A DNA stretch of 64,000 bases from a virus. Lineage: Duplodnaviria > Heunggongvirae > Uroviricota > Caudoviricetes. The notes below the pieces were generated by a model. The model worked only from the letters and a program-made list of their open reading frames with translations. It made no database searches and had not been told where the DNA came from. The stretch is taken from positions 194,948-258,947 of the IMG/VR virus record IMGVR_UViG_3300021979_000001. One strand, 5' to 3'. The first letter of the stretch is position 1, and every line of letters begins with the position of its first letter. Made by a program: the position numbers and the translations under genes. Shown one piece after another: positions 19,300 to 29,615 of the stretch.

Positions 19300-19325
19300 T
19301 ATACATTGTTAATGGAGATAAAATA

Positions 19326-19697
19326 ATGAAGGTTAGATCAATCCGTGGTAGAGAAGTTGATATGTCAGCCCTTTCTGCACGAAATGAGACCAAAAAGGCG
19401 ATTGGTAACGCGAATATGAATGCACGTGGTGATGAAGTTGATTCCCAGGGTCGTATTGTTCGTGATCGCGCACAGATTGCACGGGACTATTATGCTACTA
19501 ATCCCAATGCAGTGAAAACATCAACATTAAATAAGATTTCAGCAGAAATTCTTACGCCTGAACAGGCCGTTAAAAAGGCAATTGAACAACAAGTTGCCGA
19601 TCAGGCCGCGTTTGCAGAAAAAGCAAAAGCCAAACAGGCCGAAGTTACGACAAAACCTGCACCACGAAAACGTAAAATCACAGAAACCGACGAATAA
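19326..19697 (+). CDS. phage hypothetical protein upstream of groES
   Basis: GREVDM...NE...GNANMNARGD; GGAG RBS, ATAAATA at 19292, terminator after. Confidence 0.8.
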   Translation: MKVRSIRGREVDMSALSARNETKKAIGNANMNARGDEVDSQGRIVRDRAQIARDYYATNPNAVKTSTLNKISAEILTPEQAVKKAIEQQVADQAAFAEKAKAKQAEVTTKPAPRKRKITETDE

Positions 19698-19839
19698 CAA
19701 ACAACAAAAAAATTAAAAACATAAAAGGCGGAATTTTTATTTCCGTCTTTTTTTTATTTTCGGTCACTTTAATTTTGGTGTTAACATCCAAAACAGAGTA
19801 TGATTAGCATATCGAAACCAGAAACGAGTAAATTAATAA

Positions 19840-20172
19840 ATGACTATTAAAGATTTTACCCCAATGAAAGATTATGTCTTTGTGACTAATCTTGAACATG
19901 GTCAACAAAAGACCAAAACAGGCATTATCATTATGGATGATGATATGAAAGATAACGGGATCAAACCCCGTTGGGCACAAGTTTATAAAGTCGGAGACAA
20001 ATGCACCGACTTATCGGTTGGCGATTGGGTTCTAATTGAACACGGACGTTGGACATCCGGTTTTGATGTTGAACCAGATAATGGGGAAAAAGTGCGACTG
20101 TGGCGCATTGATTATCCAGAAGGAATTTTATTGGTTTCAGAAACCGATCCTCGCCAGACTGTATATAACTAA
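19840..20172 (+). CDS. groES: co-chaperonin GroES
   Basis: P.KD.V.V...KT.TGII...V..VG...L.VGD.VL. Confidence 0.85.
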   Translation: MTIKDFTPMKDYVFVTNLEHGQQKTKTGIIIMDDDMKDNGIKPRWAQVYKVGDKCTDLSVGDWVLIEHGRWTSGFDVEPDNGEKVRLWRIDYPEGILLVSETDPRQTVYN

Positions 20173-20184
20173 CCAATTGGGTTT

Positions 20185-21126
20185 GTGATGAATCACGTTT
20201 TATGGGTTGATAAATATCGTCCTAATGAATTGGCCGATTATGTTTGGCGGGATGATCAGGAACGCGAAAAGGTAGAAGAATGGTTATCCACCGGGGTTCT
20301 ACCGCATCTTTGTTTTAGTGGCTCTCCTGGCACCGGTAAAACATCATTGGCTTTGATGATGTTAAAATTGCTGAACGTCCCTGATGGCGATATTTTGATC
20401 CGTAATGCGGTTAAAATTCGCACGGTGGACAAATTTCAGGAAACAATCACAAATTTTGTATCAACCTGGCCTTTTGGTAATATGAAATACGTGGTGTTGG
20501 ATGAAGCAGATAGATTATCTGCCACATCCCAGGAATTTCTGAAACATGAAATTGAAAAATATTCCGACACATGCCGGTTTATTTTTACCTGCAACAATGC
20601 ATCCAGATTGATTTCTCCATTAATATCACGTTGTCAATGCATGGATTTTCGACTTCTTGATTATGATGATTTTATTGCTCGCGTTGGGCAAATTCTCATG
20701 TCAGAAAACGTCAAGTTTGAAGTGGATGATTTGGTTAATTACGTGAAAGCTACGTATCCAGATATGCGTAGATGTATTAATCTGCTTGAACAGTCTACCG
20801 TTAAAAACAAACTTTCAAAACCACGTGCATCAGATGTCAATGGATCGTCAAACGATTATTTGCTCAATGCATTGTGCCTGTTTCAAGAAAAACGTTTTCG
20901 CGAAGCACGAAAATGCATTGTAGAAAATGTCCGGGCTGATGAATATATTGAAATTTATCAATTTTTGTCCCGAAATCTGGATTTATGGGGGAATACCCTA
21001 GATTTACAGGATGACGCGTTTTTGGTTATCCGAAAGGGTATGCTTAATCACGCAATTGCCGGTGATCCAGAAATCAATTTGGCCGCTACCATCATTGAAC
21101 TTGGCCGAGTTAATATGAATACTTAA
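20185..21126 (+). CDS. clamp loader AAA+ subunit (gp44/RFC-like)
   Basis: WVDKYRP, GSPGTGKT, LDEAD, SRC motif. Confidence 0.93.
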   Translation: MMNHVLWVDKYRPNELADYVWRDDQEREKVEEWLSTGVLPHLCFSGSPGTGKTSLALMMLKLLNVPDGDILIRNAVKIRTVDKFQETITNFVSTWPFGNMKYVVLDEADRLSATSQEFLKHEIEKYSDTCRFIFTCNNASRLISPLISRCQCMDFRLLDYDDFIARVGQILMSENVKFEVDDLVNYVKATYPDMRRCINLLEQSTVKNKLSKPRASDVNGSSNDYLLNALCLFQEKRFREARKCIVENVRADEYIEIYQFLSRNLDLWGNTLDLQDDAFLVIRKGMLNHAIAGDPEINLAATIIELGRVNMNT

Positions 21127-21146
21127 CGCATATCGGAGAAAATAAT

Positions 21147-21509
21147 ATGCATAATCTTAGAAAACGTCCTTTTTTGATCGTAAATATTGTTCATCGTCCC
21201 TCAAAACGGGCATCGACAAGTGTTAAAGGATGGGGGGACGATCCCAGTAATTGGGATTCATTTGAACAAACATCCGTTGTTGACAGTGTTAAAAGTCATC
21301 ATATGCAAACAGCAAGTGTTATTATTGATGTCATGAACGGAACAACGGTCAAGAACCGGTTTTCAGAATCAATGACATCGCAGCAGGCAGCAGAACATTA
21401 TCTGGTGAAATATAAGGAAGACGTTACCCAGGCAATGTCTATTTGGATGTCAAAGCTGGCAAAAAATAAAACACCATCCACCCCTCCTTCTGTAGAGGAA
21501 GTGGTTTAA
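21147..21509 (+). CDS. hypothetical protein
   Basis: 120 aa, GGAG RBS. Confidence 0.7.
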   Translation: MHNLRKRPFLIVNIVHRPSKRASTSVKGWGDDPSNWDSFEQTSVVDSVKSHHMQTASVIIDVMNGTTVKNRFSESMTSQQAAEHYLVKYKEDVTQAMSIWMSKLAKNKTPSTPPSVEEVV

Positions 21510-21568
21510 TTTAATTAGCCGGGTGATGATCGTCATTGCCCGGTTTTATTTTTTTTGAAGTAAGGTTC

Positions 21569-22165
21569 ATGACACAAATAATTTTAACAGATGTTGATGA
21601 AACAGTGCTGCGTTTTGCAGAACCGTTTGAACAATGGATGAAAACCCAAGGATTCATCGCGCAATACCCAGTTCGTGACGTGCATCATATTGATAAAGCA
21701 TTCAATATCAGTAATGACGCCATTTTGTCGCATATTAATAATTTTTGCACAAAAGATCGCATGGCAACACTGCCAGCCGAACCGGATGCCGAAGAAGAAC
21801 TACCTGTATTATATAATATGGGGTATCGGTTCATTGCCATTTCTGCATGTTTGGATGATCCAGAAATCGTTGAAGCCAGAACAAACAATCTCACTAAGGC
21901 ATTTGGCTTTCAATGGGACGAAATTCATTGTGTCGGTCTCAATGGAAGTAAAACGGATTTGCTCCATCAATATACCAAGGTTTCAAATATTTGGGTTGAA
22001 GATAATATTACGCATGCAGAAACAGGATATGAACTCGGGTATGATTCATTTTTACTCACAAGGCAATATAATATGATGACGCCATTTTCCGGCTATCGGG
22101 TGAATAGCTGGCATGAAATTAAAAACAAAATAGTGTCTACAGAATATGGGAGTAAATCAAACTAA
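21569..22165 (+). CDS. HAD-family nucleotidase (T4 30.2-like); start probably 21569
   Basis: LTDVDETVL, WVEDN, YN....RV.SW.EI. Confidence 0.8.
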   Translation: MTQIILTDVDETVLRFAEPFEQWMKTQGFIAQYPVRDVHHIDKAFNISNDAILSHINNFCTKDRMATLPAEPDAEEELPVLYNMGYRFIAISACLDDPEIVEARTNNLTKAFGFQWDEIHCVGLNGSKTDLLHQYTKVSNIWVEDNITHAETGYELGYDSFLLTRQYNMMTPFSGYRVNSWHEIKNKIVSTEYGSKSN

Positions 22166-22332
22166 CAATTTATTAAAATTATGTGGTCATTTGTCGCATG
22201 TAAATGTTTGTTAATAAAAAATTCATTTATTGAACTTGGCATTAAACATAAACACCAACTAAAATGATTTTTTACTTACCTAAATAATTATGTGCGGCAC
22301 ACAAAATACTTCCCACACACGGAGGACATGAA

Positions 22333-23097
22333 GTGGCAAAAATCCACTCTAAACGCGCAAAACGCGCAACCCGCCCTAACCCTAGAGAAGACCGCAATTA
22401 TAATATGCGCGGTGGTGATCTACATTTATCCCGAAATACCCCAAAACAGAATAAAAAAGATATTCGTCTTGTGCCACGAAATATTGCACAAGAAGAATAC
22501 ATCGAAGCATTGTTTGATGAAGATCAATATTTGGTTTTCGCAATGGGTCCAGCCGGTTGCGGCAAAACCATGATTGCAACGCTACACGCAATTCAGGGGT
22601 TCCAGGATGGATTATATAAAAAAATCGTAATTACACGTCCCGCAGTATCCGTTGATGAACAACATGGCTTTTTGCCTGGTGGACTTTTCGAAAAAATGCA
22701 ACCTTGGGTCATGCCAATATTGGATGTGTTCAAGGAAGTCGGTTACACACCTAATGACATTACCAGCATGATCGAATGCGGCGATCTTGAAATTGCACCG
22801 CTCGCTTATATGCGTGGTAGAACATTTAAAGATTCAATTATCATTTTTGATGAAGCACAAAATTCAAGTCCTGCGCAGACTAAAATGGTTCTTACCCGTA
22901 TCGGTGAAAATAGTCGAATGATTATCACAGGTGATCTTCGGCAGCATGATCGCGGTTTTGATGATAATGGATTGAAAGATTTTGTTGAACGGTTGTCCGG
23001 GACAAATGATAATATTACCGTTATTGAATTTGAACCAGAAGACGTTGAACGTCACCCAGTTATTGAACAGGTCTTGCGTATCTACGATCAAGACTAA
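22333..23097 (+). CDS. phoH: PhoH-family ATPase
   Basis: GPAGCGKT, ITRP, GFLPG, YMRGRT, DEAQN, TGD..QHD, RHP. Confidence 0.95.
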   Translation: MAKIHSKRAKRATRPNPREDRNYNMRGGDLHLSRNTPKQNKKDIRLVPRNIAQEEYIEALFDEDQYLVFAMGPAGCGKTMIATLHAIQGFQDGLYKKIVITRPAVSVDEQHGFLPGGLFEKMQPWVMPILDVFKEVGYTPNDITSMIECGDLEIAPLAYMRGRTFKDSIIIFDEAQNSSPAQTKMVLTRIGENSRMIITGDLRQHDRGFDDNGLKDFVERLSGTNDNITVIEFEPEDVERHPVIEQVLRIYDQD

Positions 23098-23259
23098 TCG
23101 TCGGTGTCGCCGCACGGATTAGATTTTTTGAAATGAGACTAAAATTAAATTATTATGGCATTTCCGCCAACAACACGAAAGGAGATTATTGATTTATCTA
23201 TCAACCGTTTCCGAATGTTATGGAAACACCATTAACTAAAAATAGTTGTAACAATTTCA

Positions 23260-23290
23260 AAGGCCCGCCGTAGGTAAAGCGGGCCTTTCT
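23260..23290 (+). terminator. intrinsic terminator
   Basis: AAGGCCCGC...GCGGGCCTTT. Confidence 0.65.
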
Positions 23291-23410
23291 ATTTGTAAAA
23301 ATAAATCAATGGTATGGTGCTTTTTTCGGGGATACAATGAGCATTGGAGATTTTTTGGTATGGGGGTGGCCTAAATACGTAACTGGCACTCAATGGCCGT
23401 TAAACGGCTT

Positions 23411-23686
23411 CTAACCCCATGTTAACTGAATTAATGTTGCCTGGTCTTCATCTGATATATAAATTTTGATACTTGTTTTAGTATCAACTAATACCCAGTC
23501 ACGCATAAATACACCAAGCGAATTTTGGCACCAATCAATAATACCGTCGCCATCCGTGTTCGGTGATTTCATTTTTTCATAATGTTCTTCTGTAGAAAAA
23601 ATAATAAACGGAAATTTACTTATAATCAACGCGCCATCTTCTAACGTCGTTGATATGAAAAATTCGTTCGTTTCTTTTGTTATCAT
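23411..23686 (-). CDS. hypothetical protein (C-terminal motif family)
   Basis: DWC...W...IYISDEDQATLIQLTWG. Confidence 0.7.
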   Translation of the reverse strand: MITKETNEFFISTTLEDGALIISKFPFIIFSTEEHYEKMKSPNTDGDGIIDWCQNSLGVFMRDWVLVDTKTSIKIYISDEDQATLIQLTWG

Positions 23687-23810
23687 CGCGATCCCCTATA
23701 TAAGTTAATTATACTTATATTGATAAAAAATATATTATTAGTGTATTTTTATTGTTGCAATCAGATATATTTCTGTTATAGTAACAAACATAACCAGTGA
23801 GGAAAAAATT

Positions 23811-24431
23811 ATGAACATTTTCAATAAAAATGCAAGTGAAATCGTCATTGGACGCCGTGTTTATTTTTCCTTATACGGTGGGAACACCGGCACCATCGTT
23901 AATATCGAACGCGATATGACAACGATCATTTGGGATGATGGCAAAAAAAGCCGGACTCCTATCGCCATCGTGTGTGGTGTTCAATGGGAAGTATATGACG
24001 AAGTTGTTTCGGCGGACGAAATTCAAAAATTGAAAGACCTGAATGCCGAGTATGAAATTCGGAAAATCGAAGATGAAAATAAAAAGAAAGAAGATTTCGC
24101 TAAAGAAATCGAATATTGGAAAAATAATCGCGAAGGCCGCAAAATTGCTGCCGATTTTTCGAAACCCATTTTCGATCAAGGGCTTGCTGCAAAAAACATT
24201 CGGATTGACCTGAAAACGAAATTTGGGGCCGGGGTGAAATTCTCGGTGAAGCAGCATGGCGGATCAATTCGGGTTTCATGTGATGATAAATCTATCTCAC
24301 GGAACGAAATCAAAAACGTGGTAACCCGGTATGAATCGGGATCGTTCGATTCAATGTCTGATTGCTACAATTATAAACAAGATGCTTTCGCCGATGTCTT
24401 TGGTAACGCCAAATACGTGTTTGTCGAATAA
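23811..24431 (+). CDS. LPD29-like domain protein (probably early)
   Basis: AAKNIR..LK..F..GVKFSV...GSFDSM.D.Y...F..VFG..KYVF; TTGCAA..TGnTATAGT promoter, GAGG RBS, terminator at 24455-24489. Confidence 0.7.
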   Translation: MNIFNKNASEIVIGRRVYFSLYGGNTGTIVNIERDMTTIIWDDGKKSRTPIAIVCGVQWEVYDEVVSADEIQKLKDLNAEYEIRKIEDENKKKEDFAKEIEYWKNNREGRKIAADFSKPIFDQGLAAKNIRIDLKTKFGAGVKFSVKQHGGSIRVSCDDKSISRNEIKNVVTRYESGSFDSMSDCYNYKQDAFADVFGNAKYVFVE

Positions 24432-24672
24432 ACAGGCCAGCTATCCAATAAATAAAAGCCACCCAGGAACATAATCTGGGTGGCTTTTTATATTAATAAC
24501 GCAAAAAGTATTATAAAAATAATAGCAATTCGCACGAGTAATGTTATGTTCGGTGGCGGATGTTTATTATACAAATGATCATATCCCGATTTGTGATCAT
24601 GTTCTATGTTTTATTCGCTGGGATAAAATTATCCGATAAACGTTCATTCAATTTATTCATCAACAAACCTTT

Positions 24673-25368
24673 TCAGTTATTAAAAATATCTTCGGTAACC
24701 ACGGTAAAACCGTGATCTGCGAACCGCTTTGCGACATCTTCAGTATATTCGATGAAACAGGGACCATCAGCATCCGCAATAGGCTGACCGGTAGAATCAG
24801 ACTTAATCAGGGCGAATATCCCTTCTATTTCTTCGTAACCGACAATCCCAGCAGGCCAGAAGGTTGTTGAAAACTCCGGCGAATGATTGTAAATGAGACC
24901 GCCCCATGGCCCATTCACAGCAGATAGAACACAGCCAACAACACCGAATAATTTATCAGGCATCAGATAGACAGTAAACAATCGCGGGTCAACAAATGCC
25001 GCACTGTATATAAACCCATCTTCAATGGCTTGATCGCCATATTTTTTAGTAAATTCGTCGGGGGTAGGCACATTCGAAATATTGGACAGCCACGCGTTTT
25101 CAGCAGGCATAGGAAAGCGAATAGAAACATCGTCCCCAATTGCCACGGCAATAACTGGTGTTTCAGTTAAATGGAAATAGCGCACCATTTTGTTCGCATC
25201 GCCGATGAACTCAAAAATTAACTTCCATTCAGTCAATTTCCCGGTGAATTTCGCAGAGATCGACAAATTATCATCTGCAATGAGGGACCACGAATTATCA
25301 GAAAAAATCGCCAGTTCCGGGACTAGGGTGGTGTTATTCAAATAAGAAATAATATCGTTATTTGTCAT
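24673..25368 (-). CDS. hypothetical protein, tandem paralogue A
   Basis: shares DIISYLN, RYFH.T..PVIAV.IGDD, FPMPAE..WLS, FWPAGIVG.EE.EG and DHGFTVVTED with the neighbouring gene. Confidence 0.85.
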   Translation of the reverse strand: MTNNDIISYLNNTTLVPELAIFSDNSWSLIADDNLSISAKFTGKLTEWKLIFEFIGDANKMVRYFHLTETPVIAVAIGDDVSIRFPMPAENAWLSNISNVPTPDEFTKKYGDQAIEDGFIYSAAFVDPRLFTVYLMPDKLFGVVGCVLSAVNGPWGGLIYNHSPEFSTTFWPAGIVGYEEIEGIFALIKSDSTGQPIADADGPCFIEYTEDVAKRFADHGFTVVTEDIFNN

Positions 25369-25473
25369 GGGAATCCTACTAAAAATCCAAAATTAATATC
25401 CTCAAAATTATTTAATATAAAGGATCACACCCGAAAGTGTAATCCTTTATCCGATCAAGCAATTCGCTTAAAC

Positions 25474-26112
25474 TTAAGCACCGAAGTCATCTTCGGTAAC
25501 CACGGTAAAGCCGTGATCTGTGAAGCGTTTGGTGGCGTCCGAGGCATTTTCGATAAAATTGAAACCGTTGGCATATTCAATCGGCTTGCCGGTAGAATCT
25601 GCTTCGAGCAGAGAGAACGTCCCCTCCATTTCTTCGAAACCCACTATACCAGCAGGCCAGAAGGATGCCGGAAACTCCGGCGAATGGGCATCGGTGAGTT
25701 CCATTTGATTATGCAGGGAATTTACCGCGTGTAGAGTGCAGAAAACCCCGAATAATGCATCGGGGGTTAAACAGACTGCAAACAATCGTGGGTCAATCAG
25801 TTTTGCACTGTATTCGAAACCATCATCAATGGCTTGATCACCATGACTGTTAACAAAATCATCGGGTGTAGGAACGTCCGAAATATCGGACAGCCACACG
25901 CTTTCGGCAGGCATAGGAAAGCGAAAAGAAATGTCGTCACCAATGCTGACAGCAATAACCGGCGAGTCAGTCATATGAAAATACCGAATGGTTTCGCCAG
26001 TAGTAACATGCGCAAATTCGGTAATCAGAGACCAACCCTTCGCATTAAAAACAGCCATTTCCGGCGGCGGTGTGGAGTTCAGATACGAGATAATATCATT
26101 CATATTCGACAT
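25474..26112 (-). CDS. hypothetical protein, tandem paralogue B
   Basis: paralogue of 24673..25368. Confidence 0.85.
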   Translation of the reverse strand: MSNMNDIISYLNSTPPPEMAVFNAKGWSLITEFAHVTTGETIRYFHMTDSPVIAVSIGDDISFRFPMPAESVWLSDISDVPTPDDFVNSHGDQAIDDGFEYSAKLIDPRLFAVCLTPDALFGVFCTLHAVNSLHNQMELTDAHSPEFPASFWPAGIVGFEEMEGTFSLLEADSTGKPIEYANGFNFIENASDATKRFTDHGFTVVTEDDFGA

Positions 26113-26155
26113 GACATTTCCTATTGATAGGATAAAACACCATCGTTGACGTGCT

Positions 26156-26184
26156 ATTATATAAAGTAGATAATTTTAAGTCAA
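26156..26184 (-). promoter_or_regulatory. near-consensus sigma70 (early) promoter
   Basis: TTGACT-N17-TATAAT on the minus strand. Confidence 0.8.
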
Positions 26185-26190
26185 CCGTTT

Positions 26191-26730
26191 TTAATCATAG
26201 TCATATTCCCAAATCGAACCGGCATCAAACGCGATATATGATGTAAACACATGCCCAAAACATGCATCTTCCATTATCATACCATCATACCCTAATTTCA
26301 CAAGACCATGTATGAATTGTGGTAGCTGTAAATATCCATTTGCTGACATTCGATAGTAATTTATATCGGTATCGCCGTATTTGTTTAAAAAATATTTTGG
26401 AATATCACTCCAAAATTTCGGGTCTATGTTCAAAACATTTTTTATTATACGTTGATCGCGTTCTTCTTCAAAATTTGCTGGATTTTTTAATGATAGAAAA
26501 AAACTGCGAACTGGGCCAAATTCTGCGGCAGCATCATAATCATCAGTGAAATAATAACCAGTTCTGCTTCGAGTCATCCCGTTTTCATGTCCGGGTTCAA
26601 ATTTATCAAATGATGAAGTAGTTCCATGGTAAACCATTAACGGATTGCCATCAAAATCTACAATCTTGCTACCAGAAAACCATGTGTCAAATGACGACAT
26701 TTCTTCACAAATATTAATATAATTGCGCAT
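26191..26730 (-). CDS. ADP-ribosyltransferase-like (ART-PolyVal type) protein
   Basis: F..WF.GSKIVD..GNPL.VYHGT...F..F...GYYFTD...A..FG...FL...NP...GYDG; ATAAATA at 26755-61. Confidence 0.75.
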   Translation of the reverse strand: MRNYINICEEMSSFDTWFSGSKIVDFDGNPLMVYHGTTSSFDKFEPGHENGMTRSRTGYYFTDDYDAAAEFGPVRSFFLSLKNPANFEEERDQRIIKNVLNIDPKFWSDIPKYFLNKYGDTDINYYRMSANGYLQLPQFIHGLVKLGYDGMIMEDACFGHVFTSYIAFDAGSIWEYDYD

Positions 26731-27062
26731 GTAAACCTATATATTCATTTTAGATATTTATTTAAAAATGTTCCATGTTTTTCCAAATATATTTCATATG
26801 GCCGCTGGATATGCTTTGGACAAATGTGTATTCAGAATATTTTTAAGAATGTCTAACATCATTATTACCATAAAACTCACATTGGGTGCTGATATTATAC
26901 AGTATCTCCGAATGCGGGTGAAATTATTTTAGTAGGAAAAATGTATTTTTATATTAACCGCAAAAGTTGTAATTCGTTATAGAACAAATTATGAACAATG
27001 GGTATAGGATTACAGTCATATATTATATCGGCAATTATTTTTAATCTAATAGAGAACCCAAT

Positions 27063-27092
27063 AAAAAACCCGGCCTGAAAGACCGGGTTTTT
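27063..27092 (-). terminator. terminator after the major capsid gene
   Basis: A6-CCCGG..GAAA..CCGGG-T5. Confidence 0.8.
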
Positions 27093-27117
27093 ATCATTTT
27101 TCGTGGTCGAAAATTGA

Positions 27118-28317
27118 TTAGATGAAGGACAGGGAATTGGTATCGATACCGACCAAGCCCAAATAATCGGACGCGTTGCCGAGTGACGACGCCGAGTTGG
27201 TAAGTTCCTTGTAACCATAACGGCTCATGAACGAAACAACTGGTTCCATGGTATTTGGATCGATAACAGCCCCGGTTGAAGTCAGTGGAACATAAGGGCA
27301 ATAGAATGCAGCAGCATCAGTATCGTTACCTTTGTAACCAACCATAACCGGTGTTGCATCAGATGCATACTGGTCAACGTAGACACGAATTGAGTTGTTC
27401 AGCAAACCAACAAACTTAGTATTGGTTGGTGCTTCGAAAACGCCTTCGGTTGTGCGGGCGAACGAAGATGTTGTAGCAGACTGCAACACGGTGAGAGCAG
27501 TCGGAGAAACAACAACCCAGTTACCAGCGCCACGACGGGTGCGCGCAGCGATCAGGTTAGCTTGACGACCGATCAGGATAGCGAGAGCCGCGTGAACATC
27601 ACCAACGAATGTTGGGGTTCCGGTGACTGCATCCTGTTTGAAGATCGCGGTTGGTGCGCCTGGCAGTGCCCGCAGTGATGTCAGGATTTCCTGGTCGATT
27701 TCAGCAACGAGTTCCTGTGCGAGAGCGGCCATGATTTCTGCTTCGATGTCGATACCTTGCTGTGCTTCTGCATCCTGTGCAGCTTCAAAGGTCCAGCGGG
27801 CGCTCATTTTACGTGAACGTGCTTCAACGACTTCTTTCAAAATCTGGACAGTCAAGCGCTTACCAGCAGTTCCTTCGAGTGAACTTGTAGCGGCACCATG
27901 CGGTGAGTTGACATCAAGATTACCACTGTAGTAGCGAGCAATATCAAATGGTGACAGTGCTTCTGAACCAGCAGTAACACCACCTGGAACAGTGTCGCCA
28001 TACCGAACGCGCATTGTGTGAATCTGACCAACTGGGCCGGTCATTGGTTGAACGCCGATAATTTCGTTAGCGATAACCGTAGGCATGACACGACGGATAA
28101 CTGGCAGAATGACTTTATTCAGAGTAGCAACATTGGCAGAGTTAGTTGCGCCAGATGTTGCAGATTCCATCAGATAACGATGTGTGTTATCGAGAATGGT
28201 TTCCATCACTCTTTTCTTATTTCGGTTCTTTGACCCGTCCTGGTTGTGTTCGAGATCATAACCTTCGCAAAGGGCTTCTTTAGTGCGTTTCCATTGCGTC
28301 TCAAAAAGTTTACTCAT
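27118..28317 (-). CDS. major capsid protein (T4 gp23-like)
   Basis: IRRVMPTVIANEIIGVQPMTGPVGQI, R..SARWTFEAAQD, FYCPYVPL, FMSRYG. Confidence 0.97.
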   Translation of the reverse strand: MSKLFETQWKRTKEALCEGYDLEHNQDGSKNRNKKRVMETILDNTHRYLMESATSGATNSANVATLNKVILPVIRRVMPTVIANEIIGVQPMTGPVGQIHTMRVRYGDTVPGGVTAGSEALSPFDIARYYSGNLDVNSPHGAATSSLEGTAGKRLTVQILKEVVEARSRKMSARWTFEAAQDAEAQQGIDIEAEIMAALAQELVAEIDQEILTSLRALPGAPTAIFKQDAVTGTPTFVGDVHAALAILIGRQANLIAARTRRGAGNWVVVSPTALTVLQSATTSSFARTTEGVFEAPTNTKFVGLLNNSIRVYVDQYASDATPVMVGYKGNDTDAAAFYCPYVPLTSTGAVIDPNTMEPVVSFMSRYGYKELTNSASSLGNASDYLGLVGIDTNSLSFI

Positions 28318-28362
28318 AATGTTTAGGCTCCTAAAACTTTTTTTAAAAAATTGACCGGTTAA

Positions 28363-29598
28363 TTACTTTTTAATACCGGAAAGACGAACGATTTTTTCGA
28401 GTTCGCTATCGACTAGTGGGTCAGTAGATTCCTCTAAGATTGCTTTTGCTCTATTGCCGGTTTTCACGGTTGAGTAGCGCTGCGTTTCTTTTTTATTTTC
28501 GTTCAGCGTGGTTTTGCCTTTTGGGGCAGGTTTCCGGGCTTCGTTCATAACAACCGGAAGTAATTTATTAAAAGCATCGCGAAGTTCTGCTGTCTTTGTT
28601 GTTTCCAACATTGATTCCATCACGGCACGTTTATCGCCGCGCAGGTTTGACATCAGTTCATTCATAACCTTATTCCGACGTTCGCGGCTTTCGGCTAACT
28701 GTGCTTTACGCTGTGCTGCGGTAGTATTTTTGGCGGCTTCATCTAATTTTTGTTTAGTGGCTCGAAGTTCATTAGTGGTGCTTTCAAGCACTTTCTGTAA
28801 TTCACCAACTTTGGTGCCTTCGATAAAATAAGATGACATGAATTCATTGGCGACTGCCTCGAATACACGACGACCAAACATATTTTCGCGATTGCGCTCT
28901 AATTCGTCATGAAGTGACGAAAGTTCAGTTTTCAGTGTTTCGTTGATGAATGTTTCAGCACGTTTTGCCGATTTCTCGACAATGCGCTTTTTCATTTCAG
29001 CAAGCTGGGCACGTCCTTCTGATGCGAGTTTGACGCGGGCTTCGACTAGGGCGCGTTTGTCCTGGGCGAATTCTTTAAGTTCTGCGGTTACGCGACGAAC
29101 GACAAACTCATCGATTTTTTGTAACCGGGCAGCATGTTCATCAGCCATTGCAGCCTTGACTTCTGCCAGTTCTTCTGCCATAATGTTTACCTGTTCAGCG
29201 AGTTTCGCTTTCTGGGCATTCAGTTCAGCAGCTTTTGCACTAAAATGTTCTTTAATGCGTTTGGTGAGCATGTCGGTTTTCGTCGAATATTCAGAAGCAT
29301 ACTTTGAACGAGATTCTTTGATTGCTTTGCGGGCAACGGTGCGTGCTTCTACAAATTTTTTGATTTCGGCATTTTTGGCTTCTTCATGTTCGGCAATAAC
29401 ATTGCCCATGAGGCGGTCCATAGCTTCAACCATTTGATTTTTATCATGCTCGTAACGACGTGAAAATTCAGCGCGAACATTGTGTTCTGCTTCTTCTTTC
29501 GCTTCGGCAACACGAGCATCAAATGCTTCTTGTAATGATTCCATCACTTCTTTTGAAAGCGTTTTATCCCCAAGAATACTGGTTAGATTATTTACCAT
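28363..29598 (-). CDS. prohead core scaffold protein (gp22-like)
   Basis: long coiled coil between protease and capsid genes; FGRRVFEA. Confidence 0.85.
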   Translation of the reverse strand: MVNNLTSILGDKTLSKEVMESLQEAFDARVAEAKEEAEHNVRAEFSRRYEHDKNQMVEAMDRLMGNVIAEHEEAKNAEIKKFVEARTVARKAIKESRSKYASEYSTKTDMLTKRIKEHFSAKAAELNAQKAKLAEQVNIMAEELAEVKAAMADEHAARLQKIDEFVVRRVTAELKEFAQDKRALVEARVKLASEGRAQLAEMKKRIVEKSAKRAETFINETLKTELSSLHDELERNRENMFGRRVFEAVANEFMSSYFIEGTKVGELQKVLESTTNELRATKQKLDEAAKNTTAAQRKAQLAESRERRNKVMNELMSNLRGDKRAVMESMLETTKTAELRDAFNKLLPVVMNEARKPAPKGKTTLNENKKETQRYSTVKTGNRAKAILEESTDPLVDSELEKIVRLSGIKK

Positions 29599-29615
29599 AA
29601 GAAATTAACTCCGGG

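Noticed and set aside
23155-23240. Tiny ORFs after phoH (AAGGAG followed by TTG, 16 codons)
   Set aside because: Too short to support without conservation or ribosome profiling.
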